Assembly: GCF_018350175.1 (NCBI RefSeq)
Contig: NC_058368.1
Coordinates: 231,014,001-231,078,000 of the forward strand
Reading direction: 5' to 3'
Length of the DNA stretch: 64,000 nucleotides
From: Felis catus
Taxonomy: Eukaryota
Shown here: positions 48,146 to 61,629 of the stretch, piece by piece
Position numbering within the stretch: position 1 is the stretch's first letter
How the letters are laid out: each line of letters opens with the position of its first letter
Notes under the pieces: generated by a model
What the model was told of the DNA's origin: nothing
The model's input: only the letters and a program-made list of their open reading frames with translations
Database searches by the model: none
Translations under genes and position numbers: made by a program

Positions 48146-49184
48146 CTGGATGGCCTCCTCACTCCCACAGGATCCTACACAGAGTAGATGCTCAAACCTT
48201 CCACCTTGGCTTGAGATAATGTGGCTCTGATCACCTGGGGTAGAAAGGGGCACAGCTGGCTTTGCTGAGGACACTCAGGAAACATGCAGAGCTTCTGGGT
48301 CATTGGAATCTTCTAGAAGCTCACTTAGTCCCACATGAGTCCCAGATGAGTCTCCTCCTCATCTTCTGCCGGGAAATGAAGCTCTTCTCTTCCAGGGAAG
48401 GCTGTCAGTGCCAAGCTCACCTTTGCTCCATTTGCAACCGCCCTGGGCAACTGGAGGCTGCACTGCCCCTAGAGGCTTGGGGCATTTTGTCCCCAAAGTT
48501 TTTATGGTAGAGATCCTTTTGTTTCTCTAACTGTATACCATAAAATATTTTCTTTTTATGATAAGATTTGTATATATTTTATGTTATATTCATTGATTTC
48601 AACCTTTTATTTTTAAATAATAGCAAACTTACAGAAGAGTTGCAAGAATAGCATGAACATTTTTCATATACCCTTCACCCAGACGTACCCATTGTGAACG
48701 TTTTGCTGTATTTTGCCATATCATCCTCTTTCCCTAGATAAGCGTCCATATTACTTTCCCCGGTCATTGCAGACATCATGGCTCTTCATCCCTAAATTTT
48801 CCCACGTAGATCTCCTAAGATCAAGAACCTTCTTTCCCATACCCACAGTGCAGTATCTGAGCCAGGACATTCATCGCTGATAGAGTCCTATCATCTAATT
48901 ACCAAGGGCTCCAGTGATGTCCGTATAGAATGGTCTTCCAGTCTAGGATCCAAATCAGAAGCACATATTATATTTGGTTTACAATTCTCTTCGGTCTCCT
49001 TTAATCTGATGTCTCTTGTTAGCTTTTTTTTTTTTGCTTGTGTGTGTGTGTTACATGACAGTAACACTTTTGAAGGGCACATGCAAGTAGCTATCAAAGA
49101 GGAACAATAGAATAGTGGTAAAAACTCTTGTATACTCTTCACCCAGATTTTCTGAAATTTGGGTGGGGTTTTTTTGGTTATTCT

Positions 49185-49400
49185 TTTTTTTTTTTAATGT
49201 TTATTCATTTTTGAAAGACAGAGAGAGACAGAGCACAAGCAGGGGAGGGGCAGAGAGAAAGGAAGACACAGAATCCGAAGCAGGCTCCGGGCTCTGAGCT
49301 GTCAGCACAGAGCCCAACGCGGGGCTCGAACTCATGAACCAGGAGATCACGAGCTGAGCTGAAGTCGGATGCTCAACTGACTGAGCCACCCAGATGCCCC
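49185..49400 (-). mobile_element. Can-SINE
   Basis: Antisense full-length body. Confidence 0.92.
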
Positions 49401-49814
49401 TCTTTTTTTTTTTTTTAATTCAAATTAGTTAGCATTTACTGTAGTTCAGTGAAATTTGGGTTTATCCGAGGTTTCCCCATCACTAGATTCGGGTTATGCA
49501 TTTTTGGTCAGAATATATAGTGAAGTGTCTCTGTCATTGCCTCCCCTATGGAGACACTTGATGTCAATTTTGTCCATTTACTGATAATATTGACTGAAGT
49601 TCGAATCACATATTTTCATGTACTTGTTGGCATTTGTGTATCATCTTTGGGAAAATGCCTATACAAGTCCTTCGCCCATTTTTAAACTGGGTTGTTTGTC
49701 TTGTTGGGCTGTAAGAGTTATTTATATATTCTAGATATTAGACTCTTCTCAGGTGTATGGTTTACAAATATTTCCTGCTATTCTGTGTGTTTTTTCACTT
49801 TCTTGATGATTTCC

Positions 49815-50029
49815 TTTTTTTTTTTTTTTTTTTTTTTTTGGTAGTTATTCATTTTTTGAGAGAGACAGAGAGAGAACAGGGGAGGGGCAACATGAGAGAC
49901 AATCCCAAGCAGGCTCTCTGCTGTCAGCATGGAGCCCGACTCAGGGCTTAAACTCACGAACCATGAGCTTGTGGCTTGAACCAAAACCAAGAGTCAGACG
50001 CTCAACTGACTGAGCCACCCAGGCGCCCC
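49815..50029 (-). mobile_element. Can-SINE
   Basis: Antisense, long T tail. Confidence 0.9.
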
Positions 50030-50300
50030 ATTTTAAGTTAGTTTTTGTATAGACGTAAAGTAAGAGTCAAAAGTCATTCATTCTTCGGCACGTGTCTATC
50101 CAGTTGTCCCAGCTCCATTTGTTAAAAAGACATCCTTTCTCCCAATGCTCTTGGAGCTCTTGTCAAAAATCAGTTGACCATAGACACATGGGTTTATTTC
50201 TGGACTCTCAATTCTACTCTGTCAATATATTTATCCTGTACAAGTACCACACTGTCTCAATTACTACTGTTTTGCTGGATGTTTTGAAAGAGGGAAGTGT

Positions 50301-50510
50301 GACGCCTGGGTGGCTTAGTCGGTTAAGCGTCTGACTTCAGCCCGGGTCATGATCTCGCGGTCTGTGAGTTCGAGCCCCGTGTCGGGCTCTGTGCTGACAG
50401 CTCAGAGCCTGGAGCCTGCTTCTGATTCTGTGTCTCCCTCTCTTTCTGCCCCTCCCCTACTCATGCTCTGTCTCTCTCTGTCTCAGAAATAAATAAATAT
50501 TAAAAAAAAA
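50301..50510 (+). mobile_element. Can-SINE
   Basis: TSD aagagggaagtgtga. Confidence 0.92.
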
Positions 50511-50740
50511 TTTGGAAGAGGGAAGTGTGAGCCTTCCTACTTTGCCCTTTTTTTTCAAGATTGGGCTATTCGGAATTAGCCCTTAAGTTTTGATGCAAAA
50601 TAAATGCTGGGACTTTCTTTCAATAGCAAGTCTATGTATAATTTATTCAATTATCTTATTTTTTAACTGTTTAATTTGTATTTGTGTCTATGATTGTGCT
50701 CATCAGTTTATACATATAAAAATCTTCAAGATAAATACAC

Positions 50741-50784
50741 AGATAGATAGATGGATAGATAGATGGATGGATGGATAGATAGAT
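50741..50784. repeat. (GATA/GATG)n tetranucleotide repeat
   Basis: Direct read. Confidence 0.9.
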
Positions 50785-52439
50785 AAAAAGGGAAAGAATG
50801 AATTTGCAATGTGCTTCTGGACTGCGAGACAGAGATATGCACACATGGAGGAGAATTTGCAAGACTGGAGGATACTTTGACCCAAAGCACTTGCCTGGTT
50901 GAGCCAGTAATAAGTAACAGAGGTCTAGGGAAGCCCTCGCGGCTTTGATGCCAGTCATGTATATTAACTGGAGTCTACAAATCTCAGAATTCCAAAAAGC
51001 AATCAACCTTGAAATTTGCTCTCCAGGGACCTTCACCCCCCTACCCCCTTCTGCCCAGACATCCCCCTTCCCTGCCGTATTTTTCCAGGTGGGTGGACCC
51101 TGGAGCTGTGAGCTTCTGGAAGAGGAGCCCCTTCAAGGGAATAATGACTGCAGCCCCCGGTTTGCCTGTAACTTCTGCCACCCTCGGTTTTCACAGCCCA
51201 CGTTCAAAACCGCAGGGGGTCGGGTGTGTGGCTAGCTGGGCTTCCAAGTTTGGGTGGAACCCTGCCGAATAAAGAGGAGCTGGGCTTGACATCTCCCTAC
51301 GTTTGGTGACTTGCTAGAAAGACTGAAAAGACTCCATAGTGAGTGGTGCTCAGCTAAGATTTGCTGCAGAAAAGGATGCAGAGAGAGAAGGTGGCAGGAG
51401 GAGATACACATCAGCGGAGCCCAGAGAAGTCCAGCTCCCCCCTGTGCCTCCTCACCCGAGCCCAGTCGGGACGGGCTTTTCTCTGCCAGAGAACTACAGG
51501 GTCATGTGTGAAGTCTTGCGTCCGGGGAAACCCGCGCAGGTCTCAGGCTCCAAGGTGTTTATGGGGCGTTTGTCAGATAGACTTATCCTGCTATCAATCA
51601 GCCACGGCAACCGAAACCAGGACTCCAAGCAGGAAGCCAGGCGTATCTCATCGATCTTAATGTTCGCGCAAAGCCACCCCAACAAGCTAGCGGGACCCGG
51701 TCCGTGGCTCCCGGTGTACACAACAAGATCATCCATCACTGATATAAAAACTTTCTGAGACCCCCATTCCCAAGGGCTGGCCAACCAGGGTCAGTCGTGG
51801 CTCCAGGTTTCCTCGGAAACATTCAAGGAGTAAGTAACGGCGCCGGCTCCTTCCTCACGTTTTCACCTTTTCTAAATGGTCCTCAGCCTACAGTTACCGA
51901 TGCGTCTACACAGCTCAGACAGCCTCGGGAAACCCTTTACTGGCCGCCGGACGTCAACGCCATGGCCCTGGTCAACGTGAAATAGAAGAAGGCAGCAAAA
52001 CACACACGTGGCCTGGTTTCCAACCTCTACCTTGTGCGTGTCCTTGGCAAAATCACGTCACGTCTCCAGGCCAGCTAAGGTCTCACGCATCCCACCCGAG
52101 GGCAAGTTTGTGAGATGGCTGCGGTAGGTGACGGTGCCACGTAAGTGCTTCCTCTGACGGTGGCACTTGTTTGACAGCTGTCTTTCCTGCTTCGGCTCCA
52201 CATATCTGAGAGGAGCCGCAAATCCATAATCTCCACTTACAGACTGATTCAAGAAACCACCACCAACCCCCTCGAGGCCATTGGCTGATCCGTTTCAGAG
52301 GATTTATCCTGCTAAACTTATCCCGCTTGGCACTTTCTACTTACGCAAAAAATCTCTATTCCTTTTCAGAACAGATCTGTAAGTCCAGTGTGTCCCATTT
52401 TTTTTGTTAATATAATATGGAAAACAATTCATTTGCTGG

Positions 52440-52610
52440 CAGGGGGACATTTATTCAGCAAATATTTACTGAGAATCTCCAGTAATAATAATTACCATTC
52501 AGCAAATGTTTATTGGAAGCATACTCTGTGCTAGGCATTGTGTCCGAGTAGGGATACGGGAGATATGACAATTAACAGGCACTAGGGCCCTGCTCATGGA
52601 AATTTCCATC
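52440..52610 (-). mobile_element. L2 3' remnant
   Basis: cattcagcaaatgtttattg...tactctgtgctaggcattgtg. Confidence 0.65.
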
Positions 52611-54209
52611 TGTTTGCAAAGTAGGGTGGCCAAGTGTTCTGGTGTGCCCAGGACCCGAGCCACTGCCTCTGCCCCCAGAGAACCACCTCTGGACCGCCAC
52701 TGCCCTCCAGGGCCACCAGAGCCTGGGACCCCAAGGCCTGCTGCTGCTGGAGTCAAGGTCAGAGGCTCAATGTGCTCAAAGCTGGGTGATAGTCTAGAGC
52801 GACCCCTCAAATCTCTCCACCAAGGCCACGGTCACCTTGGGTGCTGCCCAGACTCCCTCTAAACCCTGGAAAGACTTCACTGGACCCTGTCCACCACCCA
52901 GATGTGGACACCCGCTCTCACGGGAGAGGAGGGCAGGGGAGGGGGTATCTTGCTGTGCAGACTCAGGGAGGTTTCCTTTGTAGCTTCAACAGCAGAGAAG
53001 TCAAACGCCAGGCTTTTGCGTGAGGCTCTCTCTGCCCCGGCTGTGTTCCTTCCCTGCAGCTGACCACCCTGCCAGGCCCCCCGGGGGCCCCCAGAGGCCC
53101 TCAGGCCTCCCAGGGAGGGCCACCCGAAAGCCACGCCTGACCACCGACCCACTTCGGCCCTCACCCTCCTCACACGACCCAGCCTTGGGCACCGTATTTT
53201 CCGATATTTTGCAAAATTCCTATAAATGGGCTTGTATGTTGTATAATCAAAAAAAAAGAAAACCACAGTTTTGTCTCAAACAAGCAAACAAGAGAGTCTC
53301 ATTTTGCCAAAACATACGCCAGTGTCCTATTTCTGTCCCTCGCGCAGCCGTAGGCATAAAGTAGAAATAACGTGTCCAGCCAATTCATTGTCTTGAATTA
53401 TTTACCTCTTTTAAGATGAGCTGAGAAGTAAGCCCTAGACCTCCTTTATTTATTTTTATTGACCGAGTTTTGTCATTGGGTTGTGTCCTCGCCGCCTCCT
53501 CCTGACTCACTGCACGCCTGCACAGCTGTGCTAACCCGGGTGTCCTGCTTACAGCGGCTTTTCCTCTTTAATCCCCGAGTTTAGGAGGGAAGCCACTGGC
53601 TGTTCTGATTTCGTTAGGCCAGCAGACTGTTTTTGGCGAATCACCTGGCCAGCGTCTTGAAGGTGCTGGGTAAAATGAACGCTGCTCAACATGCTTGAAA
53701 TGACCCACAAGGAAGAAATCGCGACCCGGCGCTGATTTGCCAGGTTTGTAAATGGGGATCGAAAGGCAGGGATGCAAAAACTGTGATGACAACGAGTCCC
53801 TAAGACTTTCCTCTGTCATTCACTCCCTCGTGTGAGATGTAGCGTGTGCCCCACCGTCCAGCACCCGTTGGAGACGCAGAGAACATGAGACGCTGTCTTT
53901 GTATTCGTGAGAGATTTCGGCGGAAACCCGACAGAAGGTCCATATCAGCCAAAAAGGACACAGGGTGTAGCTGGGCCTCAGAAACTCTCGCCAGGGATTA
54001 TCTTGGTGTCTGTTCACTTTCTCCTACCCCCAGTCAGGCTCTTCCACCAGCCAGGACCCTGGGTGTTCACCACCTGCAGACAACTGCAATCCACTGCTCC
54101 CACCCAAGCTCAGAAATCCAAGGAAGGGCTCTGATTGGCCCGGCTAGGGTGAGGCGTCCAACTCTGACCAATCAGTGGTGGCCATGTGGGTGGAGTCTAC
54201 AAGAGCAAC

Positions 54210-54531
54210 GGAGCTGAGAGCACGGGGGTGAGCCCCCATGCAACACGGCTGATCCTTAGAACAAGAGGAGAAGGGATCCAGTGAGGCAGGTGCAGATGAC
54301 AAGCAGAGACGGGAGCATGTGTTTGCAAGCCAAGCAATGCCAAAGATTGTCGGCGACATCAGAGGCCGGGAGAAAGGCAGCGAACAGATCCTTCCCTAGA
54401 CCCTTTGGAAAAAGCCCAGCCCTTTTGACCCCCCAACCCTAGCATCCAGAACGGTGAACGAATAAACTTTTTGTTGTTTTACGCCACCCAGTCTGTGGTA
54501 ATTTATTACAGCAGGCCTAGGACATTAATAC
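54210..54531 (+). mobile_element. MaLR LTR (MLT1B/C-like)
   Basis: caagccaagcaatgccaaagattg...ccagtctgtggtaatttattacagcaggcctaggacattaataca. Confidence 0.78.
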
Positions 54532-54955
54532 AATAGACAGCAAAACATTCCAAAAGCCTAAATATTTCAATGTTTCAAAATAAAGGATGAGAATAATAAT
54601 GGCGAGTGTGTAGTCTGGGGAGAGGGAAGTCTTTCTTATCCTACCACTGAAGACTGAAATTATGAAAGAAAAGACTGGCTGACCCACTACATGAAAATCA
54701 TGGTTCACAAAACACGACAAAGTTGAAAGAAAAACGTTTGCAGTTTGTGACAAAGAACTAATATGTGCAATGCAGAACGGGCTCCTATAAATCAGAAAAA
54801 AGTATCAGTGACCCCACACTTTGTTTATATATAATAAACAAATTCAATGACTAGACAAGATACAGAAGAAATCCAAATGGCAACGAAATGTGTGCAGAGT
54901 TTTTCTGCTTCACAGATAAATACATGGAAATTAGGATGAAGGCATGTAATTTCTA

Positions 54956-55110
54956 GGGCGCCTGGGTGGCTCAGTCGGACAAGCATCCTACTTTGGCTCA
55001 GGTCATGATCTCTTGGTTCATGGGATCGAGCCCCACATCGGGCTCTGGGCTGAGAGTGGACCTCGCTTGGGATTCTCCCTGTCTCCTCTCTCTGCCCCTC
55101 TCCTGGTCAT

Positions 55111-55153
<43 letters not shown>

Positions 55154-55172
55154 ATAAATAAACTTAAAAAAA
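54956..55172 (+). mobile_element. Can-SINE with long (CT)n
   Basis: TSD gcat(g/a)taatttct. Confidence 0.92.
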
Positions 55173-55289
55173 TAGCATATAATTTCTCTCAAATCATACT
55201 GGCAAAGGCAGATCAGACTGACGGCACTTGGCACTGACATTAGCAGTCCCCAAACGTCCCAGCCAGAGGGACTTAGGCGTGCTGGCCAC

Positions 55290-55470
55290 ACCGTAAAGGG
55301 TTAGCTCAGCAGACGTGGGTTGCTCAAACCCCAAGCGTGGCCCTTGATTGGCTCCTGGGACGTGACCTCTGAGCCCCTGGAGAATCCTTCCCGACAACAG
55401 CAACTTTGCGTGTCTGAGCGTTTGGGCCATGCCACATGGTTTATGCTGGCCACAGGATTTATGGTGAGCA
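55290..55470 (+). mobile_element. MER21-like LTR fragment
   Basis: ttgctcaaaccc...ttgattggctcctggga..gacctctgagcccctggagaatcctt...ttgggccatgccacatggtttatgct. Confidence 0.6.
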
Positions 55471-55592
55471 CCTGCTTCCTGTACGTCTGAGGCTCTATCA
55501 CATGCTGTATCAGGCTGCAGAGTTTGGGCATTTTGCCTAAAGCCAAAACGGCCTGGAAGCCTTCAGGAGCCACTTAGAAGTCATTTTCTTCT

Positions 55593-55962
55593 TGTCGTGG
55601 GCTGAACTGTGTCCTTTGGAAATTCATACTCTGCAGCTGTGACCCACAAGGTGACTGTGTTTGGAGATGGGGCCTGTAAGGAGACAACTGAGATTAAATG
55701 AGGCCCGACGGTAGACCCCTGACCCAGCATGACTGGGGTTCTTGTAGAAAGACAAAGAGACCCCAGGGATGCCCATGCCCAGAGCCAAGGCCATGTGAGG
55801 ACACAGTGAGAAGGAGCCATCCACAAGGCAAGGGCCTCTGGAGAAACCAGCCTCCCCAACACCTTGATCTTGGACTTCCAACCTCCAGAACTGTGAGAGA
55901 ATTAACTTCGGTTGTTGAAGCCCCCAGTCTGCGGTATGCTGTTATAGCCGCCCTAATGTACC
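55593..55962 (+). mobile_element. MaLR LTR (MLT1A-like)
   Basis: tgtcgtgggctgaactgtgtcc...ggccatgtgaggacacagtgagaagg...accttgatcttggacttccaacctccagaactgtgaga. Confidence 0.88.
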
Positions 55963-56037
55963 TCTGGATCTGATAAAAAAAAAAAGGACTGTTCTCAGGT
56001 ATTTACTTGGCCCCAGAGCCCCACTCTTCTTCTTCTT

Positions 56038-56242
56038 CTTTTTTTTAATGTTCATTTATTTTGAGAGAGAGAGTGTGTGTGTGGGAGCAGGGGAGGGGCT
56101 GAGAGAGAGGGAGGGACAGAGGATGCAGAGTGGGCTCCGGGATGACAGCAGTGAGCCCGATGTGGGGCTCCAACTCACGAACCTCGAGATTATGGCCTGA
56201 GCCGAAGTCGGACACTTAAGCGATTGAACCCCCAGGCGCCCC
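56038..56242 (-). mobile_element. Can-SINE
   Basis: Antisense; TSD cccactcttc. Confidence 0.9.
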
Positions 56243-57198
56243 CACTCTTCCCTCTGATTCTGCTCCCTGGGGATCCCGAAGAGCTGGCTTTGCAGAGGTG
56301 CTGGCAATAGTGAGTGACATCACAGCCACCGCCCTCCCAGCTTCCTGTCGCACAGGAAGGCCGTTTCTCTGGGAGCAGGATTGTGGAAGAGGCCTTCCTG
56401 CCCAGGCTCCTGCTCTTCTGGAGGGTAGACAGGGCTGGGGGTGAGGGGACGGTCACAGCCGGGATTAGGATGTTACCTCCAGATGTGAGCACACAGGGAC
56501 AGCCTGCTTCCCCGTGACCCCAGCCCGGCCTGGGCTCCTCTGACCTGCCCAGAGGAGCCTGTCCACCACCCCCCCACCCCCCTGCCGATGGTGTCCACCG
56601 CCATCCCCCCTTCTGGGGACCCTGAGCCCCAGACCCTCCCCAGCCTCTGGGGCCTGGGGTCCTGCTACATCTGGAGTGGACCCGGGCACTGGGAGGTGCG
56701 GTGGGGTCCTGGGGAACAAGTCCCTGCTCCGGGTGGGCGGGGCAGAGGGATGTGCGAACTTGGGTCCAGCGTCTCTGCACTTCCCTTCCTCCGGTGCGGG
56801 CTCAGGGCTCATGCAGGAGGCTCTGTGGTTTCCCCTCCCCCGATCCAGCCTTCACCTCCACCCGCCCTCGGTTCCAGGGCGTACCGCGTGCGGTGGTGAG
56901 GCTATTCCAGGAGGAGCAGGGGGGCGGCCCTCACAAGACACGGCGCGCCCCCCGGGATGTTCCCAGGGGCAAGACGGGCGGCACAGAAAGTGCTCCAACG
57001 GGTTAGCTCGGATTTCATGATTGGTCGTGTTATTATCTAATTATGTGCGTTAACGATGGCTACCATCACCTTTTTATTCCACAGGTACTTGGTGCCCGGC
57101 CCGGCCCGGGCTCTGTGCAAGGTCAACTACCGAGTTCTGCTGATGAGGCCAAAACAAGTCATGGATTCGATTAAAAGCAAAAACAAAAACACTGCATT

Positions 57199-57379
57199 GG
57201 GTGCCTGGGTGGCTCAGTCAGTTAAGCATCTGACTTGATTTCGGCTCAGGTCATGATCTCACGGTTCGTGAATTCAAGCCCCGTGTGGGGCTCCGTGTTG
57301 ACAGGGCAGAGCCTGCTCGGGATTTTCTCTCTCTCTGTCTCTGCCCGTCCCCTGCTCGCTCTCTCGCTCTCTCTCAAAG
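57199..57379 (+). mobile_element. Can-SINE
   Basis: Typical head and body. Confidence 0.9.
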
Positions 57380-57926
57380 ACAACAACTGTATTACCATAA
57401 AGCACAGGACCTTACACAATTAAGATGACCGAGAAAAGACTCTTGGGAACTAGCTGGTCCAGGAACACGGCAGGGAGGGACCTCTTCGAATCTCTCACTC
57501 AGGGAGGCCTCTTTCTGAGCCCAGACTGCAGAGGAAATGCTTGCCAAGGTCCCTTCTGGCTTCCACAGGCTCAGCTTGTGCTTTCAGAGCAAAAGTCCCG
57601 CTGCCCCGGGGACAGTGTGATGCAATCCTCTCTTTGCTTTCTGTTTATAATTTCTGTGAAACAGAGACGTAATTACGTCTTGCACTTTGGTTTAATTACT
57701 TGTCTGATGCCCTCAAAGGGAGTTCAACCCTGCTGTCCCCTGGGGCGGGGGGGGGGGGGAAGGGGCACCTGTAGTCCCTCTCTTGGGGGGGCGGGGTGCG
57801 GCCCGGAGGCTCTGAAGCTGCGTTTGTATTGCAGGCTTTTTCTTAGAGGCAGTGTTGATTCTGGGGATACAGAGTAGGGCTGGGGGATCCTGGGTTTCTA
57901 GTCTTTAAAAATTGTAATACACTATT

Positions 57927-58078
57927 CGGCACCTGGGTGGCTCAGTTGGTTAAACATCTGACTCTTGATTTTAGCTCAGGTCGTGATCTCATGGTTTTGT
58001 GGGTTCGAGCCCCACTTCGGCCACCAATAGCGTGGGGCCTACTTGGGATTCTCTCTGCCCCTCTCCACTCAAAGACTT

Positions 58079-58110
<32 letters not shown>

Positions 58111-58135
58111 AAAATAAATACACTTTAAAGAAAAA
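57927..58135 (+). mobile_element. Can-SINE
   Basis: Typical head, CT tract and tail. Confidence 0.88.
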
Positions 58136-58359
58136 CACCTGTAACACACCAGTTTATCGACACGCATGCTCATGATTATCTTTTCTTTCTAGAAGCCAAG
58201 GCTGAGGCATCCTCTAAGGGCCAAAGGCGAGGGTCCCTTCCTCCCAATTTACATGGTTCCCCTGATGCTGAAAATTCCCCTTGTCTCAAGGGCCCTCTCA
58301 TGGGGAATCTGACTTCACACCTCCAGGGCCCTCTTTAAAAAAAAATAAAAGTATCATAT

Positions 58360-58478
58360 TCTTAACTTTTTAACAACTTTTATGTATTTAAGTAATCTCC
58401 ACACCCAACGTGAGGCTTGAACTCACAACTCCAAGATCAAGAGTCACACGCTATTCCACCTGAGCCAGCCAGGCATCC
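58360..58478 (-). mobile_element. Short Can-SINE variant
   Basis: Antisense tRNA-like body; flanked by repeat cctccagggccctctt. Confidence 0.75.
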
Positions 58479-59283
58479 CTCCAGGGCCCTCTTGAGGCGG
58501 TTTCTCTGGCAGGTTGCTAGCCAGCATCTCCCAGCACCTTCCAGAAGCTTGACCATCTGCTTATATTTAAGGATTCTTCAACACATTCAAGACAAAACTA
58601 TGGGAAAGAAATTGACATTTGTTCAGTACTACATGCCAAGCACTGAATCAGGCATCTACATGTACCGATTGACTGGGGCAAGTTACTTGACCTTCCTGTG
58701 CCTCTGCTTCCTTGTCTGTACGGACACCCCCAACGGTACTGGGACGTCACCAGAGGAACATTGTGGACGAGGATACACGATGCGCAGAACAAGGTCTGGG
58801 GTGGGAAGCACTCGATAAATGTGAGTAGCTGTTTCCTCCTCCTCTTCCTTATCATCAAGGGAATTATTTAGCCCATTTTCCAGACCAGAAAACAGAGGCT
58901 CAGGGGGAATGAAGTGACCCTCACAAGGACCTCCTGGGGAGAAGTGGGTCAGCCTGGATCCAAACCCAGCCCAGGCTCCTCCTTAGCATTACATCATCTC
59001 TCCTGTCGGGATGCACAAAACATTCGTGAAAAACAGAACACCCTTATTAGCTCCCTGGTGCCTTTTTATCCCCTACTTTCAAGTTCCAGTAGCTTTCAAA
59101 TGGTTTCGATTGCAACCCTCGGTAAGAAATGTGATGTAAATCACGACCCAGAACAGAGATATACAAAATGGAAACCAAAGTTTCTTGAAACATACTTTCT
59201 CTTACTATGTTCTAATTGTGCTGTGTGCCCTGGTATTTTTCCATGTGGTTCTATTTTATGTTTAAGAACTGGCTTCAACCTGG

Positions 59284-59496
59284 GGCACTTGGGTGGCTCA
59301 GTAGGTTAGGCATCTGACTGTTGGTTTCAGCTCAGGTCATGATCTCACCGTTTGAGAGTTCGAGCTCTGCATCGGGTTCTGCACTGACGGTCTGGAGCCT
59401 GCTAGGGATTCTCTGTCTTCTCTGTCTCTCTGCCCCTCCCCACTCATGCTCTCTCTGCGTCTCTCTCTCAAAAGTAAAGCCACTTTAAAGAAAGAA
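59284..59496 (+). mobile_element. Can-SINE
   Basis: 17-bp TSD aactggcttcaacctgg. Confidence 0.93.
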
Positions 59497-60489
59497 AACT
59501 GGCTTCAACCTGGCCTCATGTGGCAGTTTGAAAACCACCAGTCAGGCAGACAGTGAGTTCAGTCTTCTGAACAGCCCTGCCCAGGTGTGGTCTTGAGCAC
59601 CCCCTTGGGGTTACCTGGGCCTCAGCTCCCTCAGCACCAGCCCCTCCTGCCAGGCCCCAGTCTCAAGAAGAAAGCTTGTGAAGCCCCATCCGCAGGGCCC
59701 CCACACAGGTACCCGCCAGTCTGGGCCATCCAGATCGCTTAGGCCGTGCTCAGGAACACGGATTTAGGATTTATCCAGTCAGAGTCACCTTTTAAAGGGC
59801 AGAGGCTCCTTTGACGTTTGTCTCTTGGTGTCCAAGGGACCGGTACTACAGTGTAGGGACACTAGGATGTCCGAGTGGAGACCAGCAGGTGCTTAGCAAG
59901 ACACAGGGAAGAAGTAAGGGGACAAAAAGCGAAAGGAAAATTCCTTCTGGGATAAGCCTGGCGTCGTTGCCACCTTGACTGGCCAGCTCTGCTCTCCCCT
60001 CATCCGTCTCCTCTTCTTCCGGCCCTCAGCCTCCTCACTGTCCAGCTGCCTTTGCTTTTCAGTGTGGTCCACGCCAGCGGGATGCACGTGGGCGGAACGC
60101 GTGTGGACAGGGCACCCGATACTTCCAGGCCTGGCCGCGTTGACCTGCCCAAGCAAGGCCTTGCCTGGTCGTCCCCTCTGAGGCTTGATGCAGATGAGCA
60201 CAGAGACCTTGGAACCCTGTGGAAGGACCTTGGGTCCCCAAGTCACTGCTCGGGTGGACAACACCCGTTCATCAGAGTCTCCCTCTAGCTTCACTAGAGT
60301 AAGAAGTAAACTTACGCTATGTAAAGCCACTAAGGCACAGAGATTATCCTCAAACACGAATGTCCTCTGAATACCTCTGAACTATCCAAGTTCAAGGCAG
60401 TGGAGGAAGAGATTCTCAAATGTAGCACATTTAACGGAGCAAAACATTTACTTCGAAATAGATCAGTAGGGTATCTCCAAAGCTCATTC

Positions 60490-60866
60490 CCACCCAGAAC
60501 CTCAGAATGGGACCTTCTTTGGAAAGAGGGTCTTTGCAGACACAGTCAAGTTAAGATGAGGTCATCCTGGGCAAGGGCGGGCCCTCCATCTAATTCGACT
60601 GGTGTTTGTATGAGGATAAAGATTTGGACACAAAGCTCCAGACACACAGAGAAGGAGGCCGGGTGCAGACACAGAGCCTGGAGGGATGTGGCTCAAACCA
60701 AGAGCACGGAGGGTTGGTGGTGGCCACTAGAATTAGAAGAGGGACGGAAGGATTCCTGTGGGGACGTCTCACCTCCAGGACTGTGCCAGAATAGATTTCT
60801 GTTGTTTGAAGCACCCCACCCCCACCCCCGGCTTGTGGTGCTTCGTTGTGCAGGAAACTAATATAC
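60490..60866 (+). mobile_element. MaLR LTR (MLT1B/C-like)
   Basis: agaacctcagaatgggaccttctttggaaagagggtctttgcag...ggaaactaatata. Confidence 0.8.
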
Positions 60867-61629
60867 CCCGTAAACAAAGCCTCATGTAACCTTAAGAAAT
60901 TGTGCTATTTTTAGCCCCATTCCGGGTCACGTGCTCTCGCTTAGGAAGAGCGCCTTAAATCTGTGCTTCCAGCTGGAGGGTGTGAGCGCAGACCCCAGGG
61001 AAGAGATCTCACCTCCTCTCAATCTTCCAGAGAAGTCCCCAAGGGGTTGAGTTGCCGGGAAGCTTCCAGAGCAAGCAAGTTCTCGGCCAGGAAAACTACC
61101 GGACCCTCAGGCTACCAACCGAGGCCTAATTACCTTTGAAGATGGTTTGGCCCACCCTTCACAGCTGAGTCTGCGACTCAGCAGCTGGAGGGGCCGCGTT
61201 AGGCGTTAGAGCGGGTGGAGAAAAACCTCTCTAGGAGAGACACCTGCCCAGCCAGAAAGGAGGCCAGGGAGGCAAGGGAAGCCGTGGTACCTGCCCTCCT
61301 CTGCTGTTCTGTACTATGGCCGGCCCTAGAACCCCACCCAATGGGTGGGGGCCCTTCTCTCCGCCCCCCCATCCCCTCAGGGCCACCTGCTTATTGAGGC
61401 GTGCTGACCAGAATCCGCTAGCTTCTCATTATCACCCTAGTCATGTCTCACCTTTACTGCAAGCTTTCAGAAATCTAACACATCATGCGTCGGATGTCTT
61501 CCTGAATCAAATTTTAAAAGGCAAATGGATTGTAAGCACAATAGCTAATCAGGCTACCTCGAGACATGCTAACTTGATGAGTATTCTTTACCAAACATCA
61601 TCTTCCTCAAAGGGAACAGTCGCCGGGTA

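Larger units (their letters stand above)
48600..50580 (-). mobile_element. Old L1 fragments (L1MC/L1MB-type) interrupted by three Can-SINEs
   Basis: aaacttacagaagagttgcaagaatag...; catttgtgtatcatctttgggaaaatgcctatacaagtccttcgcccattttt; ccagttgtcccagctccatttgttaaaaagac. Confidence 0.8.

Noticed and set aside
52596..52609. 14-bp palindrome ATGGAAATTTCCAT (kB-like)
   Set aside because: Isolated, at the edge of an L2 remnant, and plausible by chance in 64 kb.
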